Positions 36,996 to 46,669 of a stretch of 64,000 bases of DNA are shown here, piece by piece. The notes below the pieces were generated by a model, which worked only from the letters and a program-made list of their open reading frames with translations, was not told where the DNA came from and made no database searches. Source of the DNA: an uncultured Rhodopirellula sp. (GTDB lineage Bacteria > Planctomycetota > Planctomycetia > Pirellulales > Pirellulaceae); the NCBI GenBank assembly GCA_964007735.1, contig CAXGAI010000005.1:62001-126000 (forward strand), given 5' to 3'. The position numbers were made by a program, and so were the translations under genes. Within the stretch, counting starts at the first letter, position 1; each line of letters begins with the position of its first letter.

Positions 36996-38546
36996 TTAGA
37001 AGCAGCAGTCGCGTAGCAAGCTTCGTCGGAGGAGACCACATGGGTTTGGCGTACAGATTGTGACCGGATACTGTTCACAGACCACACGAGGTACACAGCG
37101 TGTCACTGTATAAGCCACCTGACGTGGTACTCGTTTACAAACTTGAATCGTCTTGGTGTACTTAACAGGCTTTCGCACTGTATAGCATTCCTGACGGGTC
37201 TTGGTCTCATTGACAATTTTGCATTCCTGGTAGGGAACCTGTTTGGTTTTCGTTTCCTTCACCAGTCGACATTGTCGGTAGTTCACGATTCTTTGTTTGG
37301 TTTCGGCAACGATCTGTAGAGTTTTGTAGTTGCAATTACGAACTTTTTGTTCACGAACCAAGCGGCATGTACGATAGTTGACAGTTCGTTGCTTATTCTC
37401 TTTAACCAGCCGACAAACTGTATAAGGTATTTCACGTGATTTAGTTTCTGTCACCATTCGACACGTACGGTAATTTACAACGCGTTGTTTGGTTTCCGAC
37501 ACAACTTTGCAAGTGCGGTAAGTACAAACCTTTTGCTTGGGTTCGTTGACCCAACGGCAGGTTGTGTAAGGAACTTCCTTCTTAACCGTTTCATTAACGT
37601 ACTTAACACAAGGGATTTCCTGAGTGCAGATTTCAGGCACCCAGATTCGCTTGCAAATCTGACGCGGTGGACATTGTACTTCAACGACTTCGCAGGATCC
37701 GGGTACCCAGATGCGGCGACAACAGGTTGGATCCCATGTCCAGCAACCCGGGGTGCGTACGACCCGATGTCGAATTGGTCCCGGGCATTCAATAATCTGT
37801 GTTTCCCAGTGTCCGGATTTGATTTGGACGGTTTTGGTGTATTGAACCGGTTTTTGAACCATGTGAGTGACGGTTCGTGTCTTCGTTTCGTAGACCGGCT
37901 TACGTACCGTGTAGTTAATGACTCGTTGCTTAGTTTCCCAGACAGTCTTTGGAACGGTGTAGTTAACGGTCTTTTGTTTGGTTTCCCATACCGGACGCGT
38001 CACGTTCCAAGTATGTTTACGAGTTTTTGTCTCATAAACAGGCTTAGTAAGGGTGTAATTAATCACCCGTTGTTTGGTTTCCACAACCGGTTTCATCACA
38101 AAGTATGGAATTTGCTTTGTCTTTGTTACCCAAACCGGTCGACGTTGCGTATAGTTGACTACACGCTGCTTGGTTTCCCAAACAGGTCGCGTCGTTGTGT
38201 AATTGACGGCACGGTATTTGGTTTCGTAGACCTTCCGAGCCACTTCGTAATTCACGTTACGAACTTTGGTCTCGTTGACATATTTCACGCAGTCGATGTC
38301 TTTAGTGTCAACGACGGTATCGTAGACCGTCTTGTAACATGTGTATTCTTGTTGATCAAAGACGACTCGGCGGCGAGTACGCATGATGGTATGCGTCTGT
38401 ACTTGGGACTCGCAAATAGTCTCCGGTTCCGCAATCCCGCAATTACGGTAATTTGCAATGCCAAGATACCCAGCCGAAGCTGAGTCCAGTATGAACAGGC
38501 AGATAGCAACTGCCAGGCTGGTTACGCTCCAACGTGATTTCAACAT
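36996..38546 (-). CDS. Secreted Cys-rich YTV-type repeat protein (planctomycete envelope protein family)
   Basis: AAGGAG RBS, signal peptide; ~18 copies of a 16-aa unit (PVWETKQRVVNYTxxR / CRxVxETKQRxVNYRT). Confidence 0.85.
   Translation of the reverse strand: MLKSRWSVTSLAVAICLFILDSASAGYLGIANYRNCGIAEPETICESQVQTHTIMRTRRRVVFDQQEYTCYKTVYDTVVDTKDIDCVKYVNETKVRNVNYEVARKVYETKYRAVNYTTTRPVWETKQRVVNYTQRRPVWVTKTKQIPYFVMKPVVETKQRVINYTLTKPVYETKTRKHTWNVTRPVWETKQKTVNYTVPKTVWETKQRVINYTVRKPVYETKTRTVTHMVQKPVQYTKTVQIKSGHWETQIIECPGPIRHRVVRTPGCWTWDPTCCRRIWVPGSCEVVEVQCPPRQICKRIWVPEICTQEIPCVKYVNETVKKEVPYTTCRWVNEPKQKVCTYRTCKVVSETKQRVVNYRTCRMVTETKSREIPYTVCRLVKENKQRTVNYRTCRLVREQKVRNCNYKTLQIVAETKQRIVNYRQCRLVKETKTKQVPYQECKIVNETKTRQECYTVRKPVKYTKTIQVCKRVPRQVAYTVTRCVPRVVCEQYPVTICTPNPCGLLRRSLLRDCCF
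37150..38290 (-). repeat. Coding tandem repeats, 48-nt (16-aa) period, in two arms
   Basis: Recurrent ETK..V.Y motif every 16 residues; boundaries approximate. Confidence 0.8.
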
Positions 38547-38970
38547 GGGGTACTCCTTCGGTGATTCCAAGCTCACTAAATGGACTAGTTAATAAATGGG
38601 TGTTGAGTGTCCCTAAGGCTCTCAACCTTGATCCATCAAGTGAAACAAACCGACGAGTGGTTTCAGGTACGGTTTGGTGGCTACATCCTGAATGCCCCAA
38701 GCAATTGTTCATGCTGGTACACAGGCGGCCGTAAAAAAATTATCGGAATCCCGAATATTTTACCTTGAGCGTAGATTTCATCTATTTACGACTACCCGCA
38801 TCTAAATTCGGACAGGCGAACTAGGTAAAATAAAGAGTTTTGAATCGAACTACCGTTTTAGGTAGTTTTTAACCGCTGTTTTACTGTTTAGGTAAACTGT
38901 AACGGTTATGGATGTAAGTGGTTTGGGAAAACACTGTTTTTATAGAGTCTAATTTGCTATCTGTGGTCGT

Positions 38971-38990
38971 TCTGTTGTAAAACTAACAGA
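38971..38990. promoter_or_regulatory. Candidate Rex operator
   Basis: TCTGTT-GTAAAACT-AACAGA; TGTT-N8-AACA spacing as in Rex boxes; 30 bp upstream of rex. Confidence 0.5.
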
Positions 38991-39019
38991 GAGAATTTAC
39001 CGTTTGTAGTTCACTTGTC

Positions 39020-39691
39020 ATGTCAGATTCCAAATCCAAACTATTTAACGATCAGGGTGAATTAGTTGTTCCCAAACCGGTGGTGGGACGCCTGAGTCTC
39101 TATCTTCGTGAAGTACAACATTTGATTCGGGACGGTAGGGAAACCACCAATAGTAATGAATTAGGTCGTTTGTTGGGTGTTACGGATGCTCAAGTCCGTA
39201 AAGATCTGGCATATTTTGGTCAGTTTGGCCACCCCGGTGTCGGCTATCGTTGTCAGGAACTTGTGGCAGCGATCAAAATTATCATGGGAACCAATACCAG
39301 TTGGAATGTAGCCCTGATTGGGATTGGTAATCTTGGTCGTGCCTTGTTGCGTTATAAAGGATTTCATGAACAAGGATTTCAGATCGTGGCAGCCTTTGAT
39401 GTCGATGACGGGGTAATTGGCACCAAAGTCGAAGGTGTTGACGTTTATCATATCCAGCATTTGGCAAAAATCGTGATGCAGCAGAGTATTCGCCTAGTCA
39501 CGATCGCAGTACCCTCACATGCTGCTCAGACTGTGGTAGATCAGATTGTCGAAATTGGCATTGAAGGAATTCTTAATTTTGCCCCGGTGACGATCAGTGT
39601 ACCTTCTCAGGTACGTGTAATTGGAGTTGATTTGGCAATGGAACTTGAACAGCTTGCCTTTACGGTCGTGAACCGGGATTCAAATTCGTAA
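39020..39691 (+). CDS. rex: Redox-sensing transcriptional repressor Rex
   Basis: RLSLYLR, QVRKDLAYFG..G..GVGY, GIGNLGRAL, ILNFAP. Confidence 0.96.
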   Translation: MSDSKSKLFNDQGELVVPKPVVGRLSLYLREVQHLIRDGRETTNSNELGRLLGVTDAQVRKDLAYFGQFGHPGVGYRCQELVAAIKIIMGTNTSWNVALIGIGNLGRALLRYKGFHEQGFQIVAAFDVDDGVIGTKVEGVDVYHIQHLAKIVMQQSIRLVTIAVPSHAAQTVVDQIVEIGIEGILNFAPVTISVPSQVRVIGVDLAMELEQLAFTVVNRDSNS

Positions 39692-39801
39692 AGCAAAAAA
39701 ACTGAATTGAATTGTGGATTGCAGACGAGTGTCAGCTTTTCCTAGATTGAATTTTTCGGTATATATATTTCATTCAACGGTTTGTTAGCAGTTGAAGGGA
39801 T

Positions 39802-39872
39802 TACCCCATAGTGTAATGGTAGCACCAGTGATTTTGATTCACTTAGTCTAGGTTCAAATCCTAGTGGGGTAA
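39802..39872 (+). tRNA. tRNA-Gln (anticodon TTG), CCA not encoded
   Basis: Acceptor TACCCCA/TGGGGTA; anticodon arm AGTGA-TTTTGAT-TCACT; T arm CTAGG-TTCAAAT-CCTAG. Confidence 0.95.
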
Positions 39873-39876
39873 CATG

Positions 39877-39914
39877 GCCACCGAAACAACTCCCTTGTTT
39901 CGGTGGCTTTTTTT
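39877..39914 (+). terminator. Intrinsic terminator after the tRNA
   Basis: GCCACCGAAACAA-CTCCC-TTGTTTCGGTGGC-T7. Confidence 0.9.
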
Positions 39915-39945
39915 GTAACAAGAACTTTGCGACTGAGAAGACTTA

Positions 39946-40446
39946 ATGAACGACTTTGTGCATTTGCGTCACAAGCCTCCCACAAGGTTAGAGAAGCCTC
40001 GGGAATTAATTCTTGCGATGCCGCAGATGCGCAGCAATGTGAACGTTGCCAGGATTATCCGTGCAGCAGCATGCTGTGGCATTGGAACCGTGCTTGCCAG
40101 TGGTAACGTAAAAATCGACCCTAAGATCTCCCGTGAAGGTGAACAACATGTCGATCTGCAGATTCGGCGCTCGCTTTTGCCCGTGCTGAAGAAACTTAGG
40201 TCAGCGGGCTATCCGCTGGTCGGTCTTGAGCAAACTTCTCATTCACATAACATTCACGAATACACGTTTCCAAAAAAGTGTGTACTCGTCATCGGGCATG
40301 AACGAAACGGAATCACGGACGAGGTTTTGCAATTACTAGATGCAACCATCGAAATCCCGGTGTGGGGAATGCCATTTTCCTATAATGCTGCGACGGCCAC
40401 ATGCATGGCGTTGTACGAATACTGCCGACAGTACCCGAGTGGCTAG
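39946..40446 (+). CDS. SpoU/TrmH family RNA methyltransferase
   Basis: N...I.R, LVIGHERNGI, IEIP..G...SYNAATA. Confidence 0.88.
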   Translation: MNDFVHLRHKPPTRLEKPRELILAMPQMRSNVNVARIIRAAACCGIGTVLASGNVKIDPKISREGEQHVDLQIRRSLLPVLKKLRSAGYPLVGLEQTSHSHNIHEYTFPKKCVLVIGHERNGITDEVLQLLDATIEIPVWGMPFSYNAATATCMALYEYCRQYPSG

Positions 40447-40571
40447 TTCGGTCTTTGTTAAAACACGACAGGTTGATTGTTCGGGTAGACGAGCAGAAAT
40501 GCGTAGAACAAAAATCGTTGCCCCCAAGTTGAACTGAGTAACGTGATTCAAACCAAGCGTGGCACTGGTGT

Positions 40572-41099
40572 TTAGATACTACCAGACGTAGTGACGCCGG
40601 ATTCATCCCGTGGATGTGCTCCGGTCCGAGTGATGACGTCGGTAACTTGAGGGTGGTACTCGACCTGGAATTCGCGGAACTGTAGATAAGCAGAGCGGCC
40701 CGGCACCGTTCGGAATAACAAACAGAGAACTACTTCGAATTTCTCCTGCACAACGTGATAATAGTTGCTCTTGCCCTCGCGACGTCGCTCAATGAAGCCC
40801 GCTAAACGAAGCAGTGACAAATGATGGCTTACGCCGGGCTGACTTTGATCTAGCTTATCACAAAGAGTTCGTACATTTAGCTCGCCTTCTTCTAAAAGCA
40901 ACAAGAGAATACGAAGACGAGTCTCATCGGCCAAAAGTTTGAAGACTTCGATCAGGTCGCTGGCGAGATCCCGTGTGGGTGTCACGGGAGATACACGAGA
41001 CTCATGGTTTTGTGCCTCGCTGGCAGGCTCAACCTCAGCGTTGTTCGTAGCCGCAGTGATAGCGTTACGAGGTGGTGGGTTTTGGTTGTAGTTTTCCAT
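40572..41099 (-). CDS. ArsR/SmtB family transcriptional regulator
   Basis: FKLLADETRLRIL...SQPGVSHHLSLLRLAG.I..RREG...YY. Confidence 0.9.
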   Translation of the reverse strand: MENYNQNPPPRNAITAATNNAEVEPASEAQNHESRVSPVTPTRDLASDLIEVFKLLADETRLRILLLLLEEGELNVRTLCDKLDQSQPGVSHHLSLLRLAGFIERRREGKSNYYHVVQEKFEVVLCLLFRTVPGRSAYLQFREFQVEYHPQVTDVITRTGAHPRDESGVTTSGSI

Positions 41100-41469
41100 G
41101 GTAAATTTGGGTATTAAAAGTACCTAGCCGCGGAGAAAAAGATTCGGGATGCTTTCCCGATCATGCTACATTCCTAACGTAGGTTCTACCTCACCTGCGA
41201 TTCGAATTCAAATGAAACCAGCCAGAAAAAGACGAATCCCTGATAAATCTGTGTAAGCTGTCGAGGGTAATGTTTAGAGTTTTTTACGCTAATCCACAGC
41301 AACCGACTGGAATCATTAGATTTTTTGCAGATCTTGTTGATAACTCATGTTTTCTTAGCACTTTCAAGCTTGTTATTAGGTTTGAAATTCGACCACAATG
41401 AAGGTCTTACGTAGGTTTGAGATTAATCCTTCTGCCTAAGCGAACCAATCTACGAGCTGGGAGATTTTT

Positions 41470-43431
41470 TTGGTCCGATTACTTCGCAAGTATTTCCCTT
41501 TTCTTCTGATCCTCATCGCCGGTCTTTCCGTCGTGTGGGCCGTAAATCTCGGAACGTTACCTCCCGCTGAATTTGTCTTTAATAATGGAACAGAAGTAAA
41601 GACGATCGATCCAGCCAAAGCGACAGGCGTTCCTGAGGGACGCGTTATCAATGCTCTTTATGAGGGTCTGCTACGAAGTGTGCCGGATGGTGATCCCGAT
41701 GAATTAGGGCGAACGCCGACCAAGCCAAAGGCTGTTGCGATGGCCGACTCCTATCAAGTCAGTGAAGACGGTACGGTCTACACGTTCCACATTCGAGAAA
41801 ATGCGAAATGGAGTAATGGTGATTCAGTAACGGCTGAAGATTTCGCCTGGTCGTGGATGAGGTTTCTTCATCCCGAAACGGCGTCAGAGTACAACTACCA
41901 ATTGTTTTATGCTAAGAATGGCTCCAAATTTGCATTGGTTGACTTGGATGAAGGTGATCCGGTTGAAATTGAAATGAAAGATCGTCCGGTCACGGGTCAG
42001 ATGTTTCCTCGAGGAACGGTTCGCCGAGGTAAACTCGTCTCTCTTATTCGGCCGGCGCCGGACCGAGAGCATGCGGGAGACGATAGCCATGGGCATGGAG
42101 GCGGAGGTATTTCCGGCCCGGCAATTTTTGTAGTAGAGTTTCGGCAGGGTGAGGAAATATCTACGGCTGCTTTCACGATTCAGGATATCGACAATCCAGA
42201 GATACAGACACTCGTAAGTTCCTATCAGGGAGAGTTTGATCTGACCGGATTGATTTCTGTTGAACATGTGTTGTTCGACTTCGAGCATGTTGGCATTAAA
42301 GCGAATTCGCCTCATGAATTCGAGGTTACCTTAAATAGCCCTACTCCCTACTTCCCCGAATTAGTCGCGTTCTATCCACTGCATCCGGTACACCGCGGAA
42401 ACTTAGAAGAGCATGGGGATCGCGAATTCAGTAAGCCGGGAAAGATTGTCAGTAACGGGCCTTTCTTATTGAAGGAACGACGTATTCGAGATCGCTTGCG
42501 GTTAGTGAAGAATGACACCTATTGGAATGCTGAAAATGTGCATCTTAATTCAGTGGATGTGCTGGCGATTCAATCGGAAACCACGAGCCTTAATATGTAC
42601 CTTAACGGACAGTTAGATTGGGATACGAAGCCACCAAATACACTGATTCCCCTGCTCAAAGAACGTGACGATTTTGTGTCCACTCCGTTTTTGGCTTGTT
42701 ACTTTTACCGAGTCAATACTTCTAAGCCTCCGCTGGATAATCCACTTGTCCGGAAGGCATTAAATATGGCGATCGACAAACAAACGATAGTAGATAGTGT
42801 TGTTAAAGGTGGGCAGGTGCCTGCCCGCAGCTTCGTCCCGCCAGGAATGAATGGGTATCAGAGTGCCTATTGCGGTCAATATGACGTCGAACAAGCAAAG
42901 CGTCTTCTGGCCGCAGCGGGATATCCTAATGGTCAAGGGTTGCCGACGATTGAAATCCTGTACAACACAGCGGACAGTCATCGGGATATTGCTGAAGTCA
43001 TTCAGCAAGACTGGAAGAAGAATCTCGGAGTCGACGTCACTTTGAGAAATTTGGAATGGGGAACATTTCTGGATACCCTTCGAATCGGCGATTACATGGT
43101 TTCACGTTCGGGCTGGATTGGAGATTATGCCGATCCTAATACGTTTCTGGATATGTTCGTAACTGACGGCCCTAATAATCAAACCAAATGGTCCAGCGCA
43201 TTCTATGACGACGGGATTGAAAAAGCTAAGTATGAATCCGATCCGTTAAAGCGGATGGCCATTTTCAAAGAGATGGAACAGACTTTGATGGATGAACAGC
43301 CTATCATCCCAATTTATTTTTATGTCTCGCTCAATATGGTGAATACCCGCATTAAAGGCTTTACCGCGAATCTGCAAGATGTTCACCCTCTGCATTTACT
43401 TTCGATCGATTCAGAAGGATCGGAGGATTAA
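41470..43431 (+). CDS. oppA: Peptide/nickel ABC transporter substrate-binding protein
   Basis: Family 5 SBP motifs (LYEGL, YTFHIR..AKWSNG..VTAEDF, SNGPF, VRKALNMAID, GWIGDYADP). Confidence 0.9.
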   Translation: MVRLLRKYFPFLLILIAGLSVVWAVNLGTLPPAEFVFNNGTEVKTIDPAKATGVPEGRVINALYEGLLRSVPDGDPDELGRTPTKPKAVAMADSYQVSEDGTVYTFHIRENAKWSNGDSVTAEDFAWSWMRFLHPETASEYNYQLFYAKNGSKFALVDLDEGDPVEIEMKDRPVTGQMFPRGTVRRGKLVSLIRPAPDREHAGDDSHGHGGGGISGPAIFVVEFRQGEEISTAAFTIQDIDNPEIQTLVSSYQGEFDLTGLISVEHVLFDFEHVGIKANSPHEFEVTLNSPTPYFPELVAFYPLHPVHRGNLEEHGDREFSKPGKIVSNGPFLLKERRIRDRLRLVKNDTYWNAENVHLNSVDVLAIQSETTSLNMYLNGQLDWDTKPPNTLIPLLKERDDFVSTPFLACYFYRVNTSKPPLDNPLVRKALNMAIDKQTIVDSVVKGGQVPARSFVPPGMNGYQSAYCGQYDVEQAKRLLAAAGYPNGQGLPTIEILYNTADSHRDIAEVIQQDWKKNLGVDVTLRNLEWGTFLDTLRIGDYMVSRSGWIGDYADPNTFLDMFVTDGPNNQTKWSSAFYDDGIEKAKYESDPLKRMAIFKEMEQTLMDEQPIIPIYFYVSLNMVNTRIKGFTANLQDVHPLHLLSIDSEGSED

Positions 43432-44354
43432 TGCAGGTACTTACTTTTTTGCTTAAGCGTTTTGGTTGGATGATTGTGACCGTGTGGATTGTATTCACAG
43501 TCTCCTTCTTTCTCATGCGTCAGATCCCCGGGGGTCCGTTCAATGGAGAACGAGTCCTTTCTGAGGCGGTACGTGCACGACTTGAGGCGCGATATAACCT
43601 CGATGCTCCAATCTCGGAACAATATTTCACGCACCTCTGGAATACCGTTCAACTGGACTTCGGGCCCAGTTTCAAAATGCAGGATTTCACTGTCAACGAA
43701 GTGTTAGCACAGGGCTTTCCAGTCTCGGCAGCCCTCGGAATTCTGGGTATGGTTTTTGCCATTTCGATCGGCATGACTTCGGGAATTGTTTCGGCCGTTC
43801 GGCGTAATAGTGCCTATGACTATTCGTTTATGTTGCTAGCCACACTTGGTATTGCCATTCCAAACTTTGTTTTGGCTGCTCTGTTGATTGTGGTCTTTGT
43901 ATTTAACTTGCAAATGTTTCCTGCTGCAGGCTGGGGAGACATTAGCCAGATTATTCTGCCGGCCTTTTGCTTAGGAGCTCCCTTTGCTGGATACATCGCG
44001 CGCCTCACTCGTACCGGGATGTTAGAAGTGTTGGGGAACGATTATATCCGGACGGCTTATGCAAAAGGGCTCAGTCCGAGAACGGTTGTTCTAAAGCATG
44101 GCCTCCGAGGAGCTTTATTGCCAGTGGTTTCTTATTTAGGCCCTGCGATTGCCGGAATTCTAACAGGTTCTCTTGTTCTTGAAAGAATCTTCGTCATTCC
44201 AGGAATGGGAAGTCACTTTATTGAGGCTGCCATTCAGCGCGATTACACGCTGGCTATGGGAGCCTTACTTACTTACACCGTGTTGCTGTTTGTGATGAAT
44301 ACTTTGGTCGACTTGGCGTACTCCATTATTGATCCTCGGGTTCAACTTGAGTAA
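43431..44354 (+). CDS. oppB: Oligopeptide ABC permease
   Basis: PGGPF, DFGPSF, EAA-type loop DYIRTAYAKGL, DPRV. Confidence 0.92.
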   Translation: MQVLTFLLKRFGWMIVTVWIVFTVSFFLMRQIPGGPFNGERVLSEAVRARLEARYNLDAPISEQYFTHLWNTVQLDFGPSFKMQDFTVNEVLAQGFPVSAALGILGMVFAISIGMTSGIVSAVRRNSAYDYSFMLLATLGIAIPNFVLAALLIVVFVFNLQMFPAAGWGDISQIILPAFCLGAPFAGYIARLTRTGMLEVLGNDYIRTAYAKGLSPRTVVLKHGLRGALLPVVSYLGPAIAGILTGSLVLERIFVIPGMGSHFIEAAIQRDYTLAMGALLTYTVLLFVMNTLVDLAYSIIDPRVQLE

Positions 44355-44420
44355 TCATCAGGCGATCGATCCATTTTCGAATAACAGCAGATTAAATAAC
44401 TTTCATTAATTATCCTTCTT

Positions 44421-45617
44421 ATGTCGATTTCAGATCATCAAGCATCTGAGCTAGAACGGCTCACAAAAATTCTTCGGGAAGCACATGACGTGCAGGGGGT
44501 CTCGTTGTGGGCTGATGGCTGGAAACGACTGAAGCGTAACCGAGCGGCCATGACATCGTTGTGGATATTGGGAGTGATAGTGACTTTAGCGTTGTTGACT
44601 CCCATGTTACCTTTGCAATCACCGATTTTTCAGGATGTGAAAAACAGAGAATTGCTACCACCGCAATGGGATTCATTCTCCTTGGATATTCAGGCCTATG
44701 ATCGGGAAACGACTGATCTTGAAAAGCAGTCATCGGCGGCGCAGGGCCGTGATAAAGAAGAATATACGCGGCTGGTCTCTCTCATTGCGGCTCGTGAGCA
44801 AACTCATCCGATTAAATTGTATTGGAATAATCCCGGTACGCTTGTGACATGGATGATCCAACTTCGTATGGCTATCTTTGGTGATTACTGTATCCCCTCC
44901 ATTTTTGGAACGGACAAGCTAGGGCGAGATGTGTTGTCTCGGGTTTTCTGGGGTTCCCGAGTGTCATTGGCCTGTGGATTTATTGCCACCTTTGTTTCTT
45001 TGATTATTGGCGTTAGCTACGGTGCGATTTCAGGTTACCTCGGTGGTCGGGTAGACAACATCATGATGAGAATTGTGGATGTGTTTTACTCGATTCCGTT
45101 TATCTTTATTGTAATCTTTATTATGTCCTTTCTTTCAAGCCCCGGAATCCGTGAGCCACTTCAGGAAAATGGGATTGAACAGATCCATGTGTTCTTCTTA
45201 TTGATTGGAGCTATTTATTGGTTGACAATGGCTCGTGTTGTGCGAGGACAGGTGATTTCACTGAAAAACGACCAGTTTATTGAAGCTGCCAAGACAATCG
45301 GTGCCACGCGAATGCAAATTGTCTTTCGGCATTTAGTTCCCAACGTCATGGGGATTGTGATTGTCTATCTGACCCTCACGATCCCTGCGGTTATTCGTTT
45401 TGAAGCCTTTCTTTCCTTTTTGGGAATGGGAGTCAACGCACCCGATATTTCTTGGGGACTGTTGGTTAATGAGGGTGTGCAGGTTATCACGGTTGTGAAG
45501 AGTTATTGGTGGATGATTGCCTTTTCTGGCATGGCTCTGGCAATGACTCTGTTTGCCCTCAACTTTCTTGGTGACGGTGTCCGTGATGCACTTGATCCGA
45601 AATTAAAGAACAAATAG
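44421..45617 (+). CDS. oppC: Oligopeptide ABC permease
   Basis: FGTDKLGRD, G.RVSL, FIEAAKTIGA, GDGVRDALDP. Confidence 0.92.
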   Translation: MSISDHQASELERLTKILREAHDVQGVSLWADGWKRLKRNRAAMTSLWILGVIVTLALLTPMLPLQSPIFQDVKNRELLPPQWDSFSLDIQAYDRETTDLEKQSSAAQGRDKEEYTRLVSLIAAREQTHPIKLYWNNPGTLVTWMIQLRMAIFGDYCIPSIFGTDKLGRDVLSRVFWGSRVSLACGFIATFVSLIIGVSYGAISGYLGGRVDNIMMRIVDVFYSIPFIFIVIFIMSFLSSPGIREPLQENGIEQIHVFFLLIGAIYWLTMARVVRGQVISLKNDQFIEAAKTIGATRMQIVFRHLVPNVMGIVIVYLTLTIPAVIRFEAFLSFLGMGVNAPDISWGLLVNEGVQVITVVKSYWWMIAFSGMALAMTLFALNFLGDGVRDALDPKLKNK

Positions 45618-45663
45618 TTTCCCCTTCTCCTATGAGGACTCAACGTCAGTTATAAGCCAGCCC

Positions 45664-46668
45664 ATGCTAAGCTCAGATAAACCCATACTTCAGGTTCAGG
45701 ATTTACAGGTGGAGTTTCACACAGATAGCGGTGTGGTTCAGGCGGTAAATCGCGTGAGTTTTGACTTGTATCCCGGTGAGACATTGGGGATTGTTGGTGA
45801 ATCCGGCTCCGGTAAGTCCGTCACCAATCTGACGATGATGGGACTTACTCCTCAGCCACCAGGGAAGGTTGTTGGTGGTAGCGTTATGTATGATGGCCAG
45901 GAGTTGCTTTCGCTTAATCAAAAGCAATGGCAACAAGTCCGAGGTAAAAAGATCGCAATGATCTTCCAGGATCCGATGACGGCACTAAATCCATTCCTGA
46001 CAGTCGAAGAGCAATTGGTCGAAGTCACTATATTGCATATGGGATTAAATCGAACAGAAGCTTCTCAGCACGCCGTTGATCTTCTTAGGAGGGTGGGGAT
46101 TCCAGGAGCTGAGAAACGAATCCGCGACTATCCTCATCAGTTTAGTGGTGGGATGCGTCAGCGAGTAATGATTGCTATGGCAATCTCCTGCCAGCCAGAT
46201 ATTCTCATTGCCGACGAACCGACAACCGCTCTGGACGTGACAATCCAGGCTCAGATTCTGGAACTGATGAAGAGTATGCAGGAGGAATTTGGCACGGCTA
46301 TTATCTTTATCACCCACGATCTAGGTGTTGTCGCTAATATCTGTGATCGAGTGATGGTGATGTATGCCGGACGAAAAGTTGAACTTTCAACAACGATGAA
46401 TATTTTCCGGCAACCACGTCACCCCTACACGGTTGGGCTGCTTAATTCAGCGCCTCGGTGGGATCAGGGCGAGGACGATCTGCAGGCGATTGACGGGCAG
46501 CCACCCGACTTACTTGATCTACCTCCAGGCTGTGCCTTTCATCCGCGTTGCCCGTTTGTCGAGGACGATTGTCTGCAGGAAATTCCTGAATTGGTTTCAC
46601 TCGACGGGGAAATGCCTCATCAACACGCGTGCTTGCGAGATATAACAACAGTGAAGGAGGACGTCTAG
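45664..46668 (+). CDS. oppD: Oligopeptide ABC ATP-binding protein
   Basis: [29 protein letters not shown]-terminal Cys cluster. Confidence 0.93.
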   Translation: MLSSDKPILQVQDLQVEFHTDSGVVQAVNRVSFDLYPGETLGIVGESGSGKSVTNLTMMGLTPQPPGKVVGGSVMYDGQELLSLNQKQWQQVRGKKIAMIFQDPMTALNPFLTVEEQLVEVTILHMGLNRTEASQHAVDLLRRVGIPGAEKRIRDYPHQFSGGMRQRVMIAMAISCQPDILIADEPTTALDVTIQAQILELMKSMQEEFGTAIIFITHDLGVVANICDRVMVMYAGRKVELSTTMNIFRQPRHPYTVGLLNSAPRWDQGEDDLQAIDGQPPDLLDLPPGCAFHPRCPFVEDDCLQEIPELVSLDGEMPHQHACLRDITTVKEDV

Positions 46669-46669
46669 C

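Noticed and set aside
37485..38483. 332-aa ORF on + strand
   Set aside because: Antisense shadow of the repetitive YTV gene; no independent motif
39802..39914. tRNA-Gln as an integration site
   Set aside because: No integrase and no duplicated tRNA 3' end seen; flanks are ordinary genes
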